Shown here: in pieces, positions 25,172 to 34,882 of the stretch
Layout: the number at the start of each line of letters is the position of its first letter
How positions within the stretch are numbered: position 1 is the first letter of the stretch
Origin: an uncultured Thermoanaerobaculia bacterium
GTDB taxonomy: Bacteria; Acidobacteriota; Thermoanaerobaculia; Thermoanaerobaculales; Sulfomarinibacteraceae
NCBI GenBank assembly: GCA_964408845.1
Contig: CAYPBC010000001.1
Location: forward strand, 1 to 38,206
Reading direction: 5' to 3'
Length of the DNA stretch: 38,206 nucleotides
Program-made: the position numbers and the translations under genes
The notes under the pieces: model-generated
What the model saw: only the letters and a program-made list of their open reading frames with translations
Told to the model about the DNA's origin: nothing
Databases searched by the model: none

Positions 25172-26355
25172 GACGCTGGATCATCCCCCGTGATGACAGC
25201 CCGGTAGATTTCAAGCAGCCGATCCACATGGCCCTCGGCCGTAAAGGCCTCGCTGAAGGCCGCCGACGCACGACGGCCCATCTCCTCCACCCTGGCCGGT
25301 TCGCCGACGAGTGAGCCGAGTTTCCGGGCGAGGTCGTGGTGGTCCCCGCGCTGGACGAGGTAGCCGGTCATTCCGTCCTCGACCAGCTCCGGTACGCCCC
25401 CGATCCTGGTGGCGACCACCGCCCGGCCATGGGCCAGCGCCTCCAGGACAGCCACCGGGCAGTTTTCCATCCACAGCGTCGGCAGCAGGCAGATGCCGGC
25501 TCTGCGGTACTGCTCATCAAGATCGCCCACTCCCAGCGAGCCGATGAACTCCACGGCGTCCTCCACGCCGAGGGTCGAGGCGAGTTGTTCGAGATCCGCC
25601 CGCTCCGGACCGTCGCCGGCGATGCACAGGAAGGCCTGTGGATGCTCCTCGACCAGGAGGGCCATGGCCCGAAGCAGAACGTCCACCCCTTTCTCACGGC
25701 TCAGGCGTCCGGCGAAGAGCAAGCGGTGCGGGTTTGCCGCCGGTGTGGGTCCGTCCACCGGGCGGCGGGTGAAGTTCGCCAGGTGAAAGACCTTTTCGAC
25801 GCCAAGGCTTCGCCGCATCCAAGAGCCCAGATGGCGGGACGGGCACACGAAGACATCGACCCAGGACCGCAACATCCGCCGGTGCAGGGCCGTCTTCAAC
25901 CATCTCAGATCGTTGTAGGGAAGCCATTTCCATCCCTGCCTCGAACCGCGGCAGTTGGACAGGAGGCAGCGGGCGCCGAAGCCGGACTCGCACGGCCTGT
26001 CGTCGGCTGTGATCATCCACTTTCGCGGGCACACGAGGTTGTAGTCGTGGACGGTCATGACGACCGGGATCCCGGCATGCTTCGCGGCGCGGAGCGGCAA
26101 CGGCGACAGTCGCATCCACAAATTGTGGGCGTGTACGATCGCCGGCCGGTTGCGCTCGAGCCGGGACGCAAGCTCGCGCTCGTACCCGCGCCCGGCCCAT
26201 CGCGTGAGGTGGTCGGCCACGCGACCGGTGTTCCGGGGCGGGTTCCACACCTCGCAGTCGACCCCCGCATCGGGCAGGATCTCGCAGAGCTCCCTGAGGT
26301 AGGTCTGCACCCCGCCGACGCTCGTTGTGTCGTCGGTGATATGCAGGACCCTCAC
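25153..26355 (-). CDS. GT4-family glycosyltransferase
   Basis: GTG start giving (M)RVLHITDD, overlapping the upstream TGA (GTGA). GRLSREKGVDVLLRA. LLPTLWMENCPVAVLEALAHGRAVVATRIGGVPELV. Confidence 0.85.
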   Translation of the reverse strand: MRVLHITDDTTSVGGVQTYLRELCEILPDAGVDCEVWNPPRNTGRVADHLTRWAGRGYERELASRLERNRPAIVHAHNLWMRLSPLPLRAAKHAGIPVVMTVHDYNLVCPRKWMITADDRPCESGFGARCLLSNCRGSRQGWKWLPYNDLRWLKTALHRRMLRSWVDVFVCPSRHLGSWMRRSLGVEKVFHLANFTRRPVDGPTPAANPHRLLFAGRLSREKGVDVLLRAMALLVEEHPQAFLCIAGDGPERADLEQLASTLGVEDAVEFIGSLGVGDLDEQYRRAGICLLPTLWMENCPVAVLEALAHGRAVVATRIGGVPELVEDGMTGYLVQRGDHHDLARKLGSLVGEPARVEEMGRRASAAFSEAFTAEGHVDRLLEIYRAVITGDDPASCCAAL

Positions 26356-27593
26356 CCAGGCACCGTTTTGTGTTGGGCCTCAGCGCCTGAACCTGTTCCT
26401 GGGGCGTCGAGGCAGCTCGAAAAAAGCCCCTCGAGCTTCCCGCCGATTCGGGACCAGCTGAACTCGGTCTCGACCAGACGCCGCCCCTTTTCGGTTGTTC
26501 GCCTTCTCAGGTCGTCGTCCCCCAGCATCTGCAGGCACTTCTCGGCCAGATCCTCGGGGTCCTGGCTGCGGCAGAGCAGACCGGTCTCGCCGTCGTGGAT
26601 GATATCGGGGATGCCTCCGACGTCCGTCCCGACCACGGCAGTCCCGCTGGCGAGCGCCTCGAGGAGGACCACGCCGAGACCCTCAACCTTGATTGAAGGC
26701 AGGACCAGGAGATCGGCCGAGGCCATGTAGGTCGGGATTTTGTCTCGGGACACGCGCCCGAGGAGCTTCACCTCCGCCTGCAGTCCTCGTGAGGCGATGG
26801 CACGGCGGATGGTCTCTTCCTCGGGCCCATAGCCGACCAACGCCAACCGGGTTTCAGCCATCTCCTTCAGGATAGTCTTCATGGCGGCGACCAGGTCGGA
26901 AACGCCCTTGTTCGTGGAGAACCGGCCGACGTAGAGAAGCTGGGGCTTGCCGTCGCCCATCTCTTTGCGCACTGCGGCCGAGGCCGTGTGCTTTCCGTAT
27001 TTCGAGGGATAAACACCCATGGGAACGGGCTCGATCCGGGTTGCCGGGTTGATCCTGGAAACCAGCTCACCGCTGCGCCGGCTGTTGACCGTGCATGCGC
27101 GGCAGCGGCCGAGCACGAAGCGGTCCAGTGTCTTGAAAAGAGCGTTTTCGGTGAAGACGTCGCTGCCGTGCGCGGTTACCACGAGCGGGGCATCCCCAAG
27201 ACCCGCGAAGAGCGCTCCCATCAGGCCGCTGGTTATCAACCAGTGGCAGTGGATGAGGTGATACCGCTTGCGGGCTGCCATTCGCGCCACGGCGGAGGCC
27301 TGAGCGAGAACGAAGAACGGGAGGTTGAGACGAGCCCACCAGCTCCGCCGCAGGTTCGGCAGGATGCCGCCGTTGTAGCAGAGCCTCTGCAGCGAGGCGG
27401 GGAGAAAGTAGCGGAACCGTTCGATCCGCACGCCATCCACGATCTCGGAAACCGCAGCCCCTCTCGCATGCGGAAGCAACGCGGTCACCTGATGACCGAG
27501 ACCGACCAGCTCGCGGTTCACCGCGAGCACGTACGACGGCTCGGAGTCGCCCGCGAAACGCGGGTGCGTGGTGGCGACGCTGAGGATCCTCAT
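26352..27593 (-). CDS. GT4-family glycosyltransferase
   Basis: MRILSVATTHPRF..., GRFSTNKGVSDLVAA, LVLPSIKVEGLGVVLLEALASGTAVVGTDVGGIPDII. Confidence 0.85.
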   Translation of the reverse strand: MRILSVATTHPRFAGDSEPSYVLAVNRELVGLGHQVTALLPHARGAAVSEIVDGVRIERFRYFLPASLQRLCYNGGILPNLRRSWWARLNLPFFVLAQASAVARMAARKRYHLIHCHWLITSGLMGALFAGLGDAPLVVTAHGSDVFTENALFKTLDRFVLGRCRACTVNSRRSGELVSRINPATRIEPVPMGVYPSKYGKHTASAAVRKEMGDGKPQLLYVGRFSTNKGVSDLVAAMKTILKEMAETRLALVGYGPEEETIRRAIASRGLQAEVKLLGRVSRDKIPTYMASADLLVLPSIKVEGLGVVLLEALASGTAVVGTDVGGIPDIIHDGETGLLCRSQDPEDLAEKCLQMLGDDDLRRRTTEKGRRLVETEFSWSRIGGKLEGLFSSCLDAPGTGSGAEAQHKTVPG

Positions 27594-27684
27594 GGGTTGC
27601 CCTCGGTCCTTCCGGGCAGAATCAACTGCCTTCTCCGATTATCCGGCGTCCATGGTAGCAGCGTGGTCGACCGACCGCCGGTCT

Positions 27685-29721
27685 TCAATCACCCGCGCCC
27701 GGGCATGGCGCGAAGCCGACCTCGCGCACGACGAAGGTGTTCTTTCCGCCGCTCCACAGCGAGAACGGCTCCTCCTTGCGGTCGATGAACAGCCACAGCT
27801 CGACCAAGCTCCCCGGTGTGTCCGGCTCGGAGTCTTCGCCGAGGGTGATCAGCCGTTTCCAGGGTCGGCCCGGAACGGGTCGGGCGGTGCGAACCTTTCG
27901 GTGGTCGACCCTCACCTCGAGGCGCGGCCGTTCTCCCGCCTCCGGCGAGATCCAGGTGTCGATCAGGAGGCACCCGCGGTCGCTCCGATCGAGCAGAAAC
28001 CCTGCGACGGCGTTGGAGTAGCGCCCGGAGGGTGCCTTCCGGCCGAGGCCCCCGACAAACGGGTACTCTTCGTACTTTGGTCGATTCGCCGGAATGAGAT
28101 CATCGATTCCATCGGGCTCTGGAATCGGCGGATAGGGCAGGACCGTCTCCAGTCCATACAGGGCGCAGTCGCCCGCCTGCACCACGGCATGGTGGACCGT
28201 CCGGGCCAGGATTCTCCTCACCGCCTGCGGCTGGTGACTTGCAAGGTGGTTGTCGACCACGAAGAAGGTGTGCGGCAACTGCTTGCCGTATCTCGGAATC
28301 GGGAACCGTTTGAAGTCCCTGATCTCTCTGCCCGAGAGGAGGGCCAGTACCGGCGCCTGGTACCAGCCTGCGCCGTAGAAGACAGCGTCCCGGGCGCGCG
28401 CCCGCATGACCTCGGCGACCGTTTCGATGGCCAGGCGCTGCGGAAGGGGCTCGGTCCTCAGCCTGAAATGCGGTAGGTTCGCCACGAGGACGGTGGCGAC
28501 GCTCACCAGGAGGAGGAGGGCCAGCGTCCCGACCGCCCACAGGGCGGCCCGGGAGCTTCCGTGGTCCCGTTTTCGCCGACGCCGCGCGACCCACCGGACG
28601 GCCTGGATCAGGACGATTGAGATCAGCAGCTCCTGTAGCAGCAGCCCTATGAGAACCCGTCGCGGCCAGGCGCGACTCGTCGGAGTCAACACCAACCACC
28701 AACCAAGGAAGGCTGTCGCCGCCAGCCACAGGGAGACGACCGACACGGGGATCGACGATCCCCGGCCGTCCGACGCACGCGCCGAGAGCCGTACGAGGGC
28801 AAGAAGCAGCGTCGGGACCAGAAGCAGCAGCAGTACCGTCCACGCCGGCACGCCGACGCTGTCGCCGAGGATTCCCAGATGAGTCGCGGCCTTCGGTACC
28901 GCCCCGGCGGTGTCCGGCATCCCCAGCGGCAGGCCCTGGCCCGCGATTCTCCGCACCATCACGGCCCACCATTCCACCCACCCATCAGGGCCGAGGACGA
29001 TGAGCTTCACCGCCTCGAAAACTGCCGACGGGAGGACCATCCCCCCCGCCAGGGCTGCCCAGTGGCGCAGCCTCGCGGGGCGGCGGCCGATGGAGGCGAC
29101 GAGGACGGCCAGCGCGACGGCCGAGACGGGGATCAACATCACGATCTTGGTCAGGATCGCGAGCCCGAAGAGGACGCCCGCCGCCACGGCAGGAAGAACG
29201 CCTGGACGACTCTCCAGGCCGTCCAGGAGCAGCAGGCCGCCCAGGAAGAAAAAGAGAGCCGGGACTTCGCCGTACAGGCCGAACCCAAGAGGGCCGAGGC
29301 GCGGCGTCTGAGCGAGCAGCAGGATGGCGAGGAAGGCGCCCTCGGGCCCCGAGTGCCGGTAGGTGTAAAGGGCGGCGGCGACAAAGAACAGAACGAAGTA
29401 CGGGAGGTTGACGAATTGGAGGGTGCTGTTTCCGGCGCCGAACAGGCGCAGGCTCAAGGCGGTCGGGAGCACGACCGTGGGACCGGTCTGCACGCGGTGG
29501 TCGAAGTCCCGGATCTCGGCGCGGCCGGGCCCGTAGCGTCCGCACTCCAGCAGATTCAACGCCGCCTGCGCGTTGAGCGCCCCGTCGAAGGACAGGGGCG
29601 TGGTCAACACCGTGCTGATGCCCATCGCGCCGGACACGATCACCGCGAGGGCCAGAAGGAGGACCCGCTCCCGCTGCCTTGCTCCGGATCGTGTTTCTGT
29701 GGCGGTCTTCGAGATCATCAC
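27685..29721 (-). CDS. Polytopic membrane protein, putative GT-C fold glycosyltransferase (ArnT/PMT-like) with ~230-aa C-terminal soluble domain
   Basis: About 11-13 hydrophobic segments in the first ~440 aa. The first loop FDGALNAQAALNLLECGRYG resembles the acidic-loop region of PMT_2/ArnT-like enzymes. Function is assigned by architecture only. Confidence 0.45.
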   Translation of the reverse strand: MMISKTATETRSGARQRERVLLLALAVIVSGAMGISTVLTTPLSFDGALNAQAALNLLECGRYGPGRAEIRDFDHRVQTGPTVVLPTALSLRLFGAGNSTLQFVNLPYFVLFFVAAALYTYRHSGPEGAFLAILLLAQTPRLGPLGFGLYGEVPALFFFLGGLLLLDGLESRPGVLPAVAAGVLFGLAILTKIVMLIPVSAVALAVLVASIGRRPARLRHWAALAGGMVLPSAVFEAVKLIVLGPDGWVEWWAVMVRRIAGQGLPLGMPDTAGAVPKAATHLGILGDSVGVPAWTVLLLLLVPTLLLALVRLSARASDGRGSSIPVSVVSLWLAATAFLGWWLVLTPTSRAWPRRVLIGLLLQELLISIVLIQAVRWVARRRRKRDHGSSRAALWAVGTLALLLLVSVATVLVANLPHFRLRTEPLPQRLAIETVAEVMRARARDAVFYGAGWYQAPVLALLSGREIRDFKRFPIPRYGKQLPHTFFVVDNHLASHQPQAVRRILARTVHHAVVQAGDCALYGLETVLPYPPIPEPDGIDDLIPANRPKYEEYPFVGGLGRKAPSGRYSNAVAGFLLDRSDRGCLLIDTWISPEAGERPRLEVRVDHRKVRTARPVPGRPWKRLITLGEDSEPDTPGSLVELWLFIDRKEEPFSLWSGGKNTFVVREVGFAPCPGAGD

Positions 29722-29838
29722 CCCGGTGAACCCCCGTCGCTCTCGAGACGATTGTACCTGTGCGTCGGGCCCACGAAGCTCCCGTCAGTACCACGGCCGA
29801 TGCAGTAGACTCTCCCCGAGAGGTTCGGAAATCGATCA

Positions 29839-31035
29839 ATGGCCAAGGTCCTCTTTCTCCAGCAGACCCCCTCGTTGTGTTTGGGGGTACCCACGTGACG
29901 CTCGATCCCGAGGAGAGCATCGCCGACCCCAGCGTGGACGTGATCTGCAGGGGCGAGGGCGAGCTGCCCTTGGCGGAGCTGGCCGATGCGGTGGACAGGG
30001 GAGAGGACTACACCTCCATCGCCAACCTGTGGGTCAAGACCGAAGAAGGCGTCATCAGGAACGAGATGAGGAACCTGGTGGAGGACCTGGATTCTCTGCC
30101 GTTTCCGGATCGGCGGCTCTACACCAGGTATGAGTTTTTCCAACGAAGAGGCAAGCGATCCCTGATGCTGGGCAAGAGGGTGCCCCTACGCGTGCGCCCA
30201 TTGCCACAACTCGGCAAAGCGGGCGGTCTTCAAGGACAAGGGCCGGTACGTTCGTTGGCGCAGCCGCGGGAACATTCTGGACGAGATCGACGCACTCCTG
30301 GAAACCGAGTTCGTGACCGTCCTCCACTTCATCGACGACAGCTTCGCCGCCAACCGGGAGTGGCTGGTCGAGTTGGTCCGCGCTCTCCTCGCCAGGAGGG
30401 GAAGCTCGGTTGCCCTGCAAGCGAACATCAGGGCGGATCTCGTCACCGACGAGCTGTGTGCGGCTCTCGGAGAGTACGGCGCCGACAAACTGCGCTTGAG
30501 AATCGCGGTGGAAACCGGCAACGAGGAATACCGTCGCAGGATCCTCAAGAAGAACATCTCGGACGACGAGCTGGTTGGCGCCGCGGACACCCTCAACCGG
30601 TACGGAATCGACTTCGTCACGTACAACATGCTCGGTCTTCCCGGCGAGTCCTACGAGGAGGCACTCGAGACGCTGCGGTTCAACTGTCGGTTGAAACCCG
30701 CTCTCGCCCTGTGCTTCATCTTCCAACCCTTCCCTGGAACCGAACTCGCACGGTTTGCGGTGGAGAAGGGATTTCTACCACCCGAAAACCTCAGCAGAAT
30801 TGGTACGGCGGAATACGGGGTTTTTTTCCACTCGCGAAGCCCGCTGAGACAGCCGGAGATCGAAAAGATCGAAAACCTCCACGCCGTCTTCGGGTTCGTG
30901 GTGAGTTACCCGGTCTTCGTCCCGTTGGCGGGGGCCATTTGCCGGATCATTGTCCTGGCGCCGCTGTTTCGCCACTTCTACCGCACCTATCTCCGCTGGA
31001 TTCTGTGGCGCCGGAAGAGCAGGGACGCCTACTAG
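29839..31035 (+). pseudogene. Disrupted B12-binding radical SAM paralog (N-terminal deletion plus frameshift), or sequencing-error-affected gene
   Basis: MAKVLFLQQTP (ATG 29839) runs into a stop. VVFGGTHVTLDPEE...VICRGEGELPLAEL...SLMLGK continues in another frame. RGCPYACAHCHN (CX3CX2C, from 30175) through the stop at 31035 returns to the first frame. Collinear with the intact paralog 22857..24329, but about 65 aa of the B12-binding domain are absent. Confidence 0.6.
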
Positions 31036-31056
31036 CCCCCTTTTTCTCACCGTGCG

Positions 31057-34000
31057 TCAGTCGAGGTAGCCGAGGGTTCGAAGCTGCTCGATGGTCTCCT
31101 CCGACAGCTCGACCTCGGCCGCTTTGTCTCGCTGGCCCCAGGAGTCGCTGGAGGCCAGCAGCGCTGCGAGATGCCCATGGAGCCGGGTGAACACCTCCGG
31201 GCGGGTGTGAACGAGGTTTCGTCTCTGCTCCGGGTCCTCGTCGAGATCCACCAGAACGCACTGCGAGGGATCGGAGCGTTTCAGATCTAGGAAGTCGGTC
31301 GTGCAGAGGGGAAGATCCGCAACGCGGTGGTTCCCAAGGTCCGCTTTGACTACCTCTCTCCCCTCGTCGTTCCCGGTTGTGACCACAAAGGGTCCGCGGC
31401 TGTTCGAGTAAAGGCTGGGCCACCTCTCTGCCAGGCGAAGCTTGAGCGAGAGGCCCACGGTCCCCGGCTCGAGCTCGAGGCGAATCGTCTCCACAACCGC
31501 CTCCCCCATCTCCCAGGCGTGGGTCGGCCGCTGCTCGCCGCCGACAAACCACCACAGCCACCGCTCGGTCCGCTCCCCCGAGGTCGGGACCATCGAGGCG
31601 GCGAGCTTGCCCGAGAAGGTGTGGGAGGAGGCAGCCTCGGCCTCCCAGTACAGCGTCAGGTAGACGCAGGAATCGCCACGGCACAGATCGAAGCCGGTGA
31701 GCGACACCAGATCGCCGAACCGGGTCAGTCTGGCATGCACCGGAGTCAACAGCGCCAGATCGGTGGCAGCATCTCGCTCACCGAGATCGGTGAGCTCGGT
31801 GAGAGCAGAGGGGTGGAATGGAGTCTTTTGTACGCAGTTTCGGAGAAGCTCCCGTCGCTCGCCCTCGGTCCGGGCGATCTGAGCCAGGAGGAAGTCCAGA
31901 TGTCCCTGGCTGGGAAAGCGTTTCGCCAGCGCTTCAAGCGCCGGGCGCTCGCTGGGCCCGGCGTGGAAACCGGGCGGCAGCCGCAAACTCTCGATCCCGA
32001 GCTGGTCACGTTTGTGGGCCAGAAGACTCTCGGACCGGGACCCGCAAACCTCGAGGGTGGTCATGGGAACCGGATCCACGGCCGTGACGACTCGCTTCCA
32101 CCAGAAGAGCTTCGAGTGGTCCAGCAGGCCGACCTGCACCCGGTGGGCTCCTCGGCACGACGAGGCCGGCACGGTCCACCAGAACGAGTCCTCGAAGTCG
32201 AGTGATCCGTGGGAGAAGGTCGTGTCCTCGATCTTGGAGTCCTCGACGAGAGGCTGAGGCTCGGCCCCTTTCTCCAGGACACGACGAAAAAAGGTCCTGG
32301 CCTCGCTGATCGTCACCCGGTTCTGCGGGTCGACCAGCTCGACGAGGATGCCGACCTCCTTACCGACATTGCGGTGGGCGCGCCAGTGGAGAGTGATGTA
32401 GACCGCGTCGCCGGGACAGGCCACCGGAGGCTCTGCCGTGACCGCCAGGATCTCCAGAACATCACTCAACCGCCGGGGGTTCTCCACGGGCGCGGTCAGC
32501 ACTCCGAGCCAGCCGGTCTCCGGAGGTCCGGACCCTGTGCCGGTCCATCCGGCACCCTCCACGATCAGTCGCTTGGCTGCCCTCTCCTCGGAGACCGTTA
32601 TCTCACCTTCGAACTCCCCACCAGAGAAGGTGCCGAGGGAGACCACCGACGTCGCGGTCGTCCGGACGCGGAGAGCCAGCCGTCCCGTCTCGTCGTCGGT
32701 GCGCAAGGTTCCGGAAAATCGAAGCTTCGACCCGGGGGTCACCAGGCGGCGGTGGAGGGCGAAATTCTCCAAAACCACACCGTCGCAGATCTTAAGGCGC
32801 CGACGCAGGGCGCCCGGAGGCACCGGCAGTGGCGTCCCGGCGACGGTGGAGGCCGCCGACTCCGCCGATCGGACCTCCATGAGGTGTCCACTGCCGAAGC
32901 GGGCCCCACCGTTGTAAATCAACCGCCATTGACCCGACGTCAGCGCCCAAGCGCTCTCGGACCTTTCCAGGCCTTCCTGGCTTACCACCACCCTCTCCGG
33001 AGACCCCTCTCCAAGGAGGGACTCGTTCATCATCCCAAAACGCACTGGCCCGCCCGCCAGCTCGAGAATCGTGGGGCCGAGATCGAGATGTGAAACGGGT
33101 CGCGTCATCGTGACCGGACCGGTTGACTCGGTGTCGTGGAGGATGAGCGGTACGTGCAGGATCTCGTCGCTCAGGATCATCCCGTGATCGCACATCAGTC
33201 CGTGTTCACCCAAGCCCTCGCCGTGATCGCTAGTCACGATGAAAACCGTGCGACGGCTCCCCCGAATTTCCAGCCATCTCGCGAAGAAGCCTGCAGCCAG
33301 AGAATCGGCGTAGGCGATATTCGCCTCGTACCGCTGTTGGTAATCGAGGAGATCGACTCCGAGCCCCACCTTCGCCTGATACCAGGGGATCCTCCCGAGA
33401 ACACCGGCCGCCAGGGAGACCCTCGCCCCATCGCGGTCGTGGTGGGCGAGGTGGCCGGCGACCGGCATCGGCCGGCCTTTTGCCTGCCGAAGGAACCGAT
33501 CCGGCGCCTTATATGGTCCGTGGGGCGGCCAGTAATGGATATAGACGAAGGCAGGCCGGGGGCCGCCCAGGGACCTCACCCAGGCCATGCAGTCGTCGGT
33601 CAAACGAGGGCCGAAATCACTGTCCTTGGCGGCCTCAATGGACACATGATCAAAGTGCTCCTCCATGCCGAAACCTTCGCCGATGGCAGGGTTCGCCGTG
33701 AAGAAGCCGGTGTGATAGCCGGCATCACCGAGGTGACGCGCAAAGCTGGGGTGATCGCGCGGGAAGGCCTTGTTGATTCGCCATCCGCGGTGTTCGAGGG
33801 GCGGAAGCCCGGTGAGAATGCTGGTGACTGACGGTCGGGTCCAGGTGGCTGCCGAATGGCAGCGGTTGAACAGGGTGGACCGCGCGGCGAGATCGGAGAG
33901 GAACGGCGCCGTGTCCCACTGATGCCCGTAGAACGGCAGCGACCGCGCGCGCAGGGAGTCGAGAACGAGGAGCACGATGTCGGGACGACCGTCACCGGGA

Positions 34001-34110
34001 GGAAGATCTCCGAATCTCCCACACCCGGCCAGGCCGAGGCCCAGCGCGGAGACACCCAGACCTTGGAGGAAGCCGCGACGGGAGAACTCTGTGCCAGGAT
34101 TACCTTTCAC
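31057..34110 (-). CDS. Large Tat-exported lipoprotein: sulfatase-family (Thr-nucleophile) catalytic domain with ~540-aa nested insertion
   Basis: GTG start with GGAG upstream. SRRGFLQGLGVSALGLGLAGC is a twin-arginine motif plus lipobox. IVLLVLDSLRARSL, ATWTRPSVTSILTGL (Thr codon 33838-33840), VTSDHGEGLGEHG, LHVPLILHD. The canonical end LVDLDEDPEQRRNLV...EQLRTLGYLD is separated from the core by an insertion at about 31278-32898. Confidence 0.8.
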   Translation of the reverse strand: MKGNPGTEFSRRGFLQGLGVSALGLGLAGCGRFGDLPPGDGRPDIVLLVLDSLRARSLPFYGHQWDTAPFLSDLAARSTLFNRCHSAATWTRPSVTSILTGLPPLEHRGWRINKAFPRDHPSFARHLGDAGYHTGFFTANPAIGEGFGMEEHFDHVSIEAAKDSDFGPRLTDDCMAWVRSLGGPRPAFVYIHYWPPHGPYKAPDRFLRQAKGRPMPVAGHLAHHDRDGARVSLAAGVLGRIPWYQAKVGLGVDLLDYQQRYEANIAYADSLAAGFFARWLEIRGSRRTVFIVTSDHGEGLGEHGLMCDHGMILSDEILHVPLILHDTESTGPVTMTRPVSHLDLGPTILELAGGPVRFGMMNESLLGEGSPERVVVSQEGLERSESAWALTSGQWRLIYNGGARFGSGHLMEVRSAESAASTVAGTPLPVPPGALRRRLKICDGVVLENFALHRRLVTPGSKLRFSGTLRTDDETGRLALRVRTTATSVVSLGTFSGGEFEGEITVSEERAAKRLIVEGAGWTGTGSGPPETGWLGVLTAPVENPRRLSDVLEILAVTAEPPVACPGDAVYITLHWRAHRNVGKEVGILVELVDPQNRVTISEARTFFRRVLEKGAEPQPLVEDSKIEDTTFSHGSLDFEDSFWWTVPASSCRGAHRVQVGLLDHSKLFWWKRVVTAVDPVPMTTLEVCGSRSESLLAHKRDQLGIESLRLPPGFHAGPSERPALEALAKRFPSQGHLDFLLAQIARTEGERRELLRNCVQKTPFHPSALTELTDLGERDAATDLALLTPVHARLTRFGDLVSLTGFDLCRGDSCVYLTLYWEAEAASSHTFSGKLAASMVPTSGERTERWLWWFVGGEQRPTHAWEMGEAVVETIRLELEPGTVGLSLKLRLAERWPSLYSNSRGPFVVTTGNDEGREVVKADLGNHRVADLPLCTTDFLDLKRSDPSQCVLVDLDEDPEQRRNLVHTRPEVFTRLHGHLAALLASSDSWGQRDKAAEVELSEETIEQLRTLGYLD

Positions 34111-34128
34111 AGCGATGACACTGCTCCG

Positions 34129-34881
34129 TTATTGCCCCGATACTGTCGTAGTGTAGTCCGAGATGACCTGCTCGGTCGGTCCGATGGTCTTCATGACGCC
34201 GCGGTCCAGGAAGAGCGCGCGGTCGCACAGTGCGGTGACCATCTGGAGACCGTGGGAGACCAGAAGCACCGTGGCGCCGTTTTTTCGGAAGCTCTCGATT
34301 CGCGTCGTGCACCGGCGGCGGAACTCCTCGTCTCCGACCGACATGATCTCGTCGAGCAGCAGGACATCAGGCTCGACGTCGGTCGCGATGGCGAAGCCGA
34401 GCCGGGCACGCATGCCCGTCGAGTATGTCCGCAGCGGCGAATCGATGAACTCTTCGAGCCCGGCGAAGTCGACGATGTGGTCGTACCGGGCCTGCATGTC
34501 GTGGTAGGAGAAGCCGAGGGTCGCGCCGCTCAGGAAGATGTTCTCTCTGCCGGTGAGCTCGTCGTTGAATCCAGCTCCCAGGCCGAGCAGGGGCGCTACC
34601 AGTCCCCGGACCACGACTCTTCCACCGGTTGGTCTCAGCACCCGAGCAATCACCTTGAGAAGAGTCGTTTTGCCGGCGCCGTTGCGGCCGACGATGCCGA
34701 ATACCTCACCCGAGTCGACCGAGAACGACACGTCCCGCAGTGCCCAAAAATCGGTGATCATCAGGTTCCGCTTCAGACGGCGAATCGCGTACTCCTTGAT
34801 CGAGCCGACCTTTTCGTGCGGCACGCGATAGCACAGCGACACCCGGTCGACATCGATCACTGGGGGAGGGGAGACCGCCAT
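34129..34881 (-). CDS. ABC transporter ATP-binding protein, polysaccharide/teichoic-acid export type (Wzt/TagH/KpsT-like, no C-terminal carbohydrate-binding domain)
   Basis: Walker A GRNGAGKTTLLK, signature-like YSTGMRARLGFA, Walker B VLLLDE. 250 aa. Confidence 0.9.
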   Translation of the reverse strand: MAVSPPPVIDVDRVSLCYRVPHEKVGSIKEYAIRRLKRNLMITDFWALRDVSFSVDSGEVFGIVGRNGAGKTTLLKVIARVLRPTGGRVVVRGLVAPLLGLGAGFNDELTGRENIFLSGATLGFSYHDMQARYDHIVDFAGLEEFIDSPLRTYSTGMRARLGFAIATDVEPDVLLLDEIMSVGDEEFRRRCTTRIESFRKNGATVLLVSHGLQMVTALCDRALFLDRGVMKTIGPTEQVISDYTTTVSGQ

Positions 34882-34882
34882 C

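Noticed and set aside
28100-29920. Several 290-310-aa ORFs on both strands (28100..28981, 28879..29808, 28985..29920)
   Set aside because: They overlap the multi-TM membrane protein gene 27685..29721 and are Arg/Pro/Gly-rich with no motifs.
29760-31190. 476-aa ORF as a genuine protein
   Set aside because: Only its first ~137 codons show homology (B12-domain part). After about 30175 the homologous frame is the one of ORF 30313..31035, and the rest of the 476-aa frame is Arg/Gly/Pro-rich nonsense running past the real stop.
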